In this document: positions 47,745-55,775 of the stretch, piece after piece | How positions within the stretch are numbered: position 1 is the first letter of the stretch | How the letters are laid out: each line of letters starts with the position of its first letter | DNA from: Bigelowiella natans CCMP2755 | Lineage: Eukaryota > Protista > Cercozoa | Length of the DNA: 55,775 bases | Assembly: GCA_000320545.1 (NCBI GenBank) | Contig: ADNK01001167.1 | Location: 1 to 55,775 of the forward strand | Direction: 5' to 3' | The notes under the pieces: model-generated | Seen by the model: the letters and a program-made list of their open reading frames with translations, nothing else | Databases searched by the model: none | What the model was told of the DNA's origin: nothing | Position numbers and translations under genes: made by a program

Positions 47745-48113
47745 TTGAACGATGCGAATGGTACTGTGCATCCTCGTGTTGTGCGCAATTGAAGTGCAAC
47801 AAATTTGTGCACATGTCTCATCATGATGATGGTGGGTTGTCATAGCATCAGCACGCGCGCTGGGTGCAATGCATATACAAACTGTGCGCTAAGAATTGCA
47901 CTGACAAGTACTGCTGGCGGGCGGGTGACGGCCATCGAATCACATGTGAGCGCTGTGATCATAAATCGATTTAATTACATGCATGCATGCTAGCATGCGA
48001 TGTGCTAGCTAGCAATGGCAATGCAATGATGTCATTATTCTAGCATTGCATGAGCTGCTGCTATAGTTGGTTGCTCATTTTGGATCATTGAGACAACGAC
48101 GGTGTTCACCACA

Positions 48114-48171
48114 TATATAGCCATAAGGGCTCTACACGTGCGTACGCTATATAGCCATAAGGGCTCTACAC
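48114..48171 (+). repeat. 24-bp direct repeat TATATAGCCATAAGGGCTCTACAC x2
   Basis: Copies at 48114-48137 and 48148-48171, separated by 10 nt. Confidence 0.8.
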
Positions 48172-48381
48172 ACACCTGCTACGTGCGCAAATCAGAGCAG
48201 GCGCCTTTCGCTACTAGATTCACGCAATTCAAAGTACTAGTGTTGCAAGCTACAATGACTTGGCAAATACAAGCTGCTCATCCTTATTTTTGGTATTTTT
48301 GCATTTTTATAATGAGCGAATAAAACCTCCATCTGCTCATATAATGCATGCAAAAACAATGATGTCACGACGCAATGGCTG

Positions 48382-48738
48382 CTATCCGAAGCGAACCCCA
48401 GATGACCGGCTCTTGTGTTTCTTCTTCCTCTTCTTCTCCTCCTGTAACAAAACGTCCAACAGATTCAGACAACGAGGAAGCCGCAATATCAAACTCAAGC
48501 GCGCGCGCGTATGCGTTTGCAGCTAGGCAGCAGAAGGAAAGAATCTCCATTAGATTTATGGTGAAATTCTTGCTGCGACTAGCACATCAGGGCAAAATAC
48601 ACAAGTCAGAGATAGATGACCTTTGGAGCCTGCTGGTTGCTATCATCGCACTTGACCTCTATGATGTTCTTCAAGAGAAACACAGAAAGTAGTCGGATTT
48701 AAATTTAAGATCATACCACGAGGAGAGTATAATATCTC

Positions 48739-48782
<44 letters not shown>

Positions 48783-49022
48783 TATATAGTAATTGTCTAC
48801 TTTCGATTCATTCATATCCTCCTCGTCCTCGACTCCGACCCATTCTTGGAACGCTGGTTGGCATTATTTAATTATTATTGTTATTTAGAGTATTAACCCT
48901 GTTATTGTCACGGTTGTTATTATGTTATTTTTGTTATCCTAGCTGTGCGCAGATAGACAGGTGACAAGTAAAGGTAGGAATTGAAGGGGGAAGGTGAAAG
49001 GAAGGCAGAGAGGAGGGAAAGG

Positions 49023-49101
<79 letters not shown>

Positions 49102-49108
49102 ACACATT

Positions 49109-49168
<60 letters not shown>

Positions 49169-49446
49169 CATATACTTATAAAACATTATATTTATATCAT
49201 TAACAACACAACCAGTAAGGAATTCGATGAACGTGATATATCCATCGTTATCGGGATCTAACTCCTTAAGGCGCTCCTCTGCTACACTGGTCTGACCCAT
49301 CTCCTGACGAGGGGGGAGGACAAAGACAAAGGCGGTGGCGGTGGAGGGGGGATAACGACAACGAGAGAACACAGGAAAATCAGATAGGCAAAGAAAAATG
49401 CTAAATAAATATATATATATATATATATATATATTGATATATTATA

Positions 49447-49487
<41 letters not shown>

Positions 49488-49756
49488 ATATGAGATCTGA
49501 GAAGCGCTTATATTGCACATATACTCATGCCCGCATCGTCATCGTCGTGTTCAAGTTAAAGCCGCTAAGACTACGAACAAGACCCTGAAGGCCGTCAGCA
49601 TGTGCTCGTGCTCGATCACCCCCAGGTGGCTTTTATCGTATGAGAGGAACATCTGACAAGGACGAGGGGGAAGGGGGGAAGCATAGTTTATCATTGATGC
49701 TACCGCAGCAGACGCTATGATATCATAATTAAAATTCATGTAGACGATGAACTTCG

Positions 49757-49788
<32 letters not shown>

Positions 49789-50242
49789 ACACACACACCC
49801 ACGCGCATTTTTAGGGAGAATGCTCCCTCAAAACCCTCCACAAATTTCTCGCTCCCTGAAAATTTGGGAATTGTATTCCCCACATATCTGGTCCCACGGG
49901 GGGGGGGGGGGGGGGACACGCAAAGTCAATCAAATCAGCAGCAAGATTCATTCGCAGAGAGAGAGGTGTGCGTACCCTAAGGCCATGCACACAGAGAACT
50001 CTTTGAACGACAGCATCTTATCGCCGTTAATATCAACGCCCTGCTCGCACGGAAAGAAGAGTAACACAAGAGCAAATTTTTGGTTTGTTTAGGGTGGTTC
50101 GGTTTTCGAGTGTGTCGTCTGCTGCACCCTTCCCCTTCCATGAAAATCTGGCCATACAACGATGTTGCAAGGCGCAGGGAAATGGAGAGTACTATTTTTA
50201 CATGCTAATAAGTAAGTGTGTTCTTCGAGAATTTGGACTTAT

Positions 50243-50321
<79 letters not shown>

Positions 50322-50845
50322 GGTTGGGGGGTGGGCAAAGACCACCAAGCATGTACCCACGCACGAGAACAACCTGAAAGAGGACTTCGATATCCTTCTT
50401 GCTCATTTCTGCACCATGCTGTCAGTACATTAAAACTCGTTTGTCATCTCCGCAGTGTATTCTTAATTTAGTGTCACTTGTTCCTTAACAAAAGTGAGTG
50501 GCATTTTCCCAGTACCTGCCTCAGAGCCTTTTCGAATTCCGACATATCCATCCCACCATCATTGTTTTCGTCCAGGCTAGTGGGGTTCAGGGGACAAGCA
50601 CAGTCAAGGATGAATATCAGCAGAGGGAGCGCGAGAGTGGCATTATGTTTGTGCGATGGAAAAATAAGGCGAGGTTAACATATAACACAACATTCATTCA
50701 CCTCGCTGACTTTACTTATCGCCCATGCATAATATCACGGGAGGAAGGATGAACCTTTTGTAAAGATTTCGGACGGATTCAAATGCGAGCTTAAACTTGG
50801 GAAATTTGAGCTGCATTTTCGTGAAGAGGGCCTTAGAATCAACCA

Positions 50846-50884
<39 letters not shown>

Positions 50885-50889
50885 TTATA

Positions 50890-50928
<39 letters not shown>

Positions 50929-51193
50929 GGGGGGGGCGAGAGGAAGACGGAGATTCGAGTTGCGAAATGTCAGGATACCTTCCCATCCTTACTTTCGCCC
51001 CTGTACGCGCTGATAACTTTTTGAAGTCTTTTTTCCAGATCAGTCCCTGCATTTATCGACAACATTTTGTGCTATTGGATCTGCAAAGGCAGTTTAACAT
51101 CTTCACGCGGACGACTTAAATACAAGTGAGCTCGTAACCTGGCTTGTAGCTCTCCTTCGGAACACCTTTTCTAGAAGAGAGGCAGGTCCCCAT
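48382..51193 (-). CDS. N-acylated EF-hand Ca-binding protein (similar to plant CML21/22 type), many exons
   Basis: MGTCLSS start; KFPKFK; EF loops DENNDGGMDMSEF, DINGDKMLSFKEF, DKSHLGVIEHEH, DPDNDGYITFIEF; AFQEWVGVEDEE; last exon EEKKRKKKHKSRSSGVRFG*. Confidence 0.85.
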
Positions 51194-51642
51194 TATGATT
51201 GATTGTCTCGATTCGGGAGGGGAACTCACTTTTGCCTAAAGATGCGACAAGGAATATCTCATGTCGCTCTCATACGATCGCCGCAATCGAGGTGTAATCG
51301 TTTCGCTCAGATAGCGGTTACGGAGAATGGAAAATTCATGCGATCCGGAGCAACGACAAGGAGAATAGAGAAAAAAAACGTAATAAAAGCTCGGGGCTTT
51401 CTTTTCCCCATTGCGACAAATTTTTGATACGAGTAGCTCCTGAAGTCGCCGGAATTTAAAGTGGTTTCCTCGAGACAGAGAGCAATAATGCTAGAGAGAG
51501 AGCAGTATGAAAACGCCGCGGATTGTAGTTAAGCGACAACACATATTTCTTCTTTTTCTTAAGCTGCCGACTTAACTCCGAAGAAATGCGGTTCAGAAGG
51601 AGATTGGACTGCTAGCCCCTCCCCCGCTTGCCAAACCCCAAC

Positions 51643-53577
51643 ATGAGAAAACACCCTGCATCGCCGATGGAACGCACCGAGAATAAAGATGCTGCGTTCC
51701 GTAGATTGGCTCGGAACCACAAAACAGCTGAAATAAATGATGAGGCAGTTGGGCCGGGAGGGATAAATGCACGCTGCCCTCGAGGAAAGACCGCTCTCCT
51801 CAACGCCATTAGCTTCGAGTTGTACAGCGACAGTGTCGGCTCTGAGAGCCATCTGGTTGAAAACGGAAGGAGGCAAGAAGAAGAGAAACGACGTCTTAGA
51901 GACGAGAGAGAACTCGAAACAGTCCGCACCCTGATTGAAATGAAAGCAGACGTGAACATTGCTGACAAAAATGGATTCTCACCCCTTCACCGTGCCATCT
52001 TATCCGGAAACAGGCAGCTAGTTTACTTCTTAATCAATAAGGGGGCTTGCAAGGATGCCACCTTGGGCAACTTTAAATTGATAGAAGCCGAAATCAAGGA
52101 ACGAGAAGACAAGCGACGGGAAAGTGATCTGCGCAAGAACGTGGACAACATCGCAGAGTATGAAAGGGCACTACCCGCTAAGTACGATGTGGATAGCCTG
52201 TGCTCAAACGACGACTTGCACGAACTCGAGCTGAAATCTTGGTGCAAAGACGTGCAGCAGGGTATTAAGGGGTTTATAGAAGCAGAAAGGAAGTTATGGG
52301 CGGAGGTCTCTGAAGCCGAAGGCCAGATTAGTGGGGAAATTGACGAGGAAATCGAGGAACTTAGTTTGGATAGGGATAGCTTATTGCATGCTGCGCTAAT
52401 TGCAGTTATCATTGAGAATTTGGAACGGATTTCAAACGCAGTGTGTATCAAATGCGAGATTGGGGACTTTGCATCACATGAGATGCTCACCGTGAAAGGT
52501 GTTATAGCTCATATACCAGAAATATTTACCCCAACCAGAGAATTTGCGAGATTAAGACGTAGGACAAGAAGGCTGATTATTCCTCTTAAGGAAGCCATAG
52601 AGGAAAGGTTCGACATTTGCGGTCATTTCTCCACCGCAATGGAGGAGGTTTTGCGGAGACTTAAGGCAGCAAAATGCTTGAGAAATCGTATAGAAAGAGA
52701 GATACTGGTTGACATCGACGTATATAAGAAGCACCTACTGTCGCTCATGAAATCCCGGCTCAGCAAAAATGCTAACCCTAGTGCTTTCCAGAGCGCTATG
52801 GAGCTCACAACCGTGAGCAGTTCGTTGCATAAACTGATGCCGATATCGACGGGATCTGGTGAAGTCCAATACCTCTTTGAAGGCCTTGTGTTAGAAATGG
52901 ATTGGAAATCACTCTGCTCTTCTTCCTCGAGCCATCTCATCGACGCCCTGTTCTCACTAGCTTCCGTACTGCATAGTGGAGCGAATCCATTCTCCAACAA
53001 GGAGATTCTAGCCACCTTCAGGACCATCATTACAAATCTCCACGATACCATAAAACCCTCCATTACTAGCGGTGCCAACATCGTCTACTCCGAAGCCAAA
53101 CGCTGGTTCGAAAGCAAGCTCTTCTTCTGCTGTCTACGAGAAGAGGCTTTGCCCGGTATGTCTGATTCAATACTCAAACTGATATCGAGCTTTGCTGGGA
53201 ATGCCTGCTCGTCCGGAGTCACAGATCCCCGTCAGCTGGAGAAAGCAAAGGCGCTCTGTAACATCAGCCGGATTGGAACAAGTTTTGGGAGGAGGGGGAA
53301 CTCCCCGCGCAGAACTGCCCAACTGGAACTTCGGCAAAGCGAGCAGGTCGCTAACGAATACAGCTCAATATTTTATGATGATGAGGCACCACTCATTCGA
53401 GACAGACGCCTCGAAATCGCACGCGATCGACGCAGACGCCTCGAAAACGCCATGCTGGCTGCTGGACGGGACGAGCCAGATTGGATAGATGCAATTTTAT
53501 TTTCAGACGAAGAGAACTCAGACGAAGAGAACTCAGACGAAGAGATGACTAAAGTGGATGGAGTTCCCATTTCCTAA
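51643..53577 (+). CDS. Intronless ankyrin-repeat protein with helical body and acidic tail
   Basis: INARCPRGKTALLNA and VRTLIEMKADVNIADKNGFSPLHRAILSGNRQLVYFLINKGA ankyrin repeats; first ATG at 51643; 15-bp repeat x3 (SDEEN) at 53503-53545. Confidence 0.85.
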   Translation: MRKHPASPMERTENKDAAFRRLARNHKTAEINDEAVGPGGINARCPRGKTALLNAISFELYSDSVGSESHLVENGRRQEEEKRRLRDERELETVRTLIEMKADVNIADKNGFSPLHRAILSGNRQLVYFLINKGACKDATLGNFKLIEAEIKEREDKRRESDLRKNVDNIAEYERALPAKYDVDSLCSNDDLHELELKSWCKDVQQGIKGFIEAERKLWAEVSEAEGQISGEIDEEIEELSLDRDSLLHAALIAVIIENLERISNAVCIKCEIGDFASHEMLTVKGVIAHIPEIFTPTREFARLRRRTRRLIIPLKEAIEERFDICGHFSTAMEEVLRRLKAAKCLRNRIEREILVDIDVYKKHLLSLMKSRLSKNANPSAFQSAMELTTVSSSLHKLMPISTGSGEVQYLFEGLVLEMDWKSLCSSSSSHLIDALFSLASVLHSGANPFSNKEILATFRTIITNLHDTIKPSITSGANIVYSEAKRWFESKLFFCCLREEALPGMSDSILKLISSFAGNACSSGVTDPRQLEKAKALCNISRIGTSFGRRGNSPRRTAQLELRQSEQVANEYSSIFYDDEAPLIRDRRLEIARDRRRRLENAMLAAGRDEPDWIDAILFSDEENSDEENSDEEMTKVDGVPIS

Positions 53578-54661
53578 CTGAAGCACCACTCGTGCTGCAC
53601 ACACACACACACACACACACACAGCACTGCATTGCCGTACAACGCCCAGAATGTCGTGGAACAGAATGCAAATCGAAGATTTTTTTTTTTACTTCTGTTT
53701 GTTTTACTTCTTGTTAAACGTGTCCCAAACGACAAATGAATGTGTGTACAGCTATAGCACATGCATTACAAATCTCTTTAAGAATTAAAAGTTAGATGAA
53801 GTAAGTCCGAAAGGCAAACCTTGTATCTTCGGACGAAGATGATGAAGAAGTTGTAGAAGAAGTGGACAGAAAGAAATTAAAAGAATAGCAGTGAGCAAAC
53901 GAGAATCAAAAAGAGTTTGTGAAGTGAACCAAAATTTCAGCAATTTGTTGATTCTATTTTGCTCATGTTAGCACGGCTAAATGTGCGAAGCAGCAACATT
54001 CAATGAGCATCCTTACCTTACGTGCAAAGCGAACAAATAGAGCACACTTGCTAGTGCAAACGGGCTACGCGATGTTGTGCACTTCTAGACCTGCTGCCAT
54101 GCCATAGCGAAACAGGTGCAACAACCATGCCTACATGTCGCAGCTGCTAATGTACGTCCCCTTATAATCGACATGTGCGTGGATGCTGTCATTGGCTCTA
54201 TTGCAGAGCGGGCTCCCTGCTATGCATTGCATGGTGGGCTAATCACTGATCAGCGTAGCCACGACGCAACAATTTTGTGAGTATGTACGCCACGTGCTCC
54301 ATGCCTTGCTAGCTTGTGTGCTGTGCATTTGTGTCTGCATGCGATGCGTCTAAATGGCTTGCATGTGGTACATGACCCATGCATAGCATAGGCTTCGATT
54401 TGCTGCTTAGTTTGCACAAGTTGCCATGTAACATGGCGCGTGCATACAGCACCAAAACAGCTCATGCACAGCATGTACACCTCCACTTCGTTCACATGTT
54501 AGCGAAGTATTAATGAAAAACTAGTACGTGCTAGCGTGGTTTGAATCGTGTCTAGGGCGATCGATACGGTGTAAGCAATCAGCGAAAGGCATGCGCCTGG
54601 GGGGGGGGAGAGGGGGCTACGTCTAGAGACATTGTGATATGCATTTGAACGTGCATGATCA

Positions 54662-54795
54662 TCACGAGTTTCTCGATTTCTCTGAGAAATCCAAAACGAC
54701 ATCCATCAGCTCTCTTTCGTTTGCCAGCGCATCGCGTCTTTCCTGGACCAAAATATCAGTTTGTGTAACGACAATGCCATGGAGACAGAAAATAA

Positions 54796-54838
<43 letters not shown>

Positions 54839-54971
54839 CTGTGAGCCGGTGCGCTCGCTGAAAATATCAGGACCTCGTCTAGCTCGCACACCCTTTGCCG
54901 AACGTCCTTCAAGATCCCCAAAACCTACATAAGAAGCCATCATGAGAACACGCAATGTTTTACAGATGCGC

Positions 54972-55062
<91 letters not shown>

Positions 55063-55560
55063 CCTATAGAGAGCGAGAGCAAAAACGAGAGATGGGGAAG
55101 GAAAAAAGAAGGGCTTGCACAACCCTACCCAAATGATAGATCACAGTTGCAGCACCTTTTCTGTGGGTAGAACCTTCCTTGCAATGGCATTTTCCAGGGC
55201 GCGCAGCGCTGGGAGGCATTTCGGCTGTGACAGCTCCGAAGAAGAGGAGCCATCCTGCTGCATCCAGCTGCAGCTCTTCCGACGGGCCACTTTGCGGCGC
55301 GAGACCTTCTCCATGATCTGCAAGGTTGTGCGGAATGCTCAGGCAGAGTTCCCTCGTGAGCCAATCACAAAAAGCTGCTTCGCTTTGCTGCCAAACATGC
55401 GCCGAAAGCTCAGTACGTACCTTCTTCTCCCGCTCGGCTCGAAGATACACCTATGCGAACAATCAAAGGTTTGCTCCGAAACGATGTGTGGGAGCCATTT
55501 CACCGTCCTGCTACTTACATGGCAGTGGCAAATACTATAGCATATACATATACATGCATC

Positions 55561-55599
<39 letters not shown>

Positions 55600-55711
55600 T
55601 ATATATAATATATCATATGTATATATAAATCCTTTGCATGAGGAAGACACTGTTATACGTCATTTCTGACAGACCCTGTTCTGCTCGCGAAGAAATTTGA
55701 TTTCCGCGGAC

Positions 55712-55753
<42 letters not shown>

Positions 55754-55775
55754 ATTTCTATCTCTACACTAAATA
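54662..55775 (-). CDS. 3' part of an unknown, probably coiled-coil, multi-exon gene running off the window
   Basis: Splice-bounded exons IMEKVSRRKVARR...ALENAIARK, VLGILKDVRQRVCELDE and ERRDALANERELMDVVLDFSEKSRNS-TGA. Confidence 0.55.

Noticed and set aside
48114-48171. 24-bp direct repeat with a spacer, considered as a mini-CRISPR
   Set aside because: Only two copies, a 10-nt spacer, eukaryotic context and no cas genes; it is a local tandem duplication.

Overview
Intron-rich eukaryotic nuclear DNA with many microsatellite-filled introns. A pentapeptide-repeat protein carries a signal peptide + transit-like + Tat lumen leader, which suggests an alga with a secondary plastid (chlorarachniophyte-like; inference). 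About 15 host genes can be pieced together by eye: a divergent J-domain membrane protein, a UBA protein, a bacterial-type LRR kinase, an RIIa/ropporin-like protein, a GH5 glucanase, TMEM43, PRP38B, a thylakoid pentapeptide protein, ARPC4, a GH141-like beta-helix protein, a CML21/22-like EF-hand protein, an ankyrin protein and several unknowns. The centrepiece is an intact, very young Ty3/Gypsy LTR retrotransposon (16667-22382, minus strand) with identical 326-bp LTRs, an ACTC target-site duplication, PBS, PPT and one 1657-aa gag-pol ORF. It is unusual in two ways. Its integrase has D-D27-E spacing instead of D-D35-E. Its polyprotein ends in a ~123-aa domain that resembles, motif by motif, the Dam-like N6-adenine methyltransferase domain of DIRS retroelements, apparently degenerate. 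The window also holds a small GAGACGG-terminated MITE-like family, and CTAG/TGCA/CATG-rich, CpG-poor blocks at every convergent gene junction. All gene models and domain calls come from manual reading; no database search was run.
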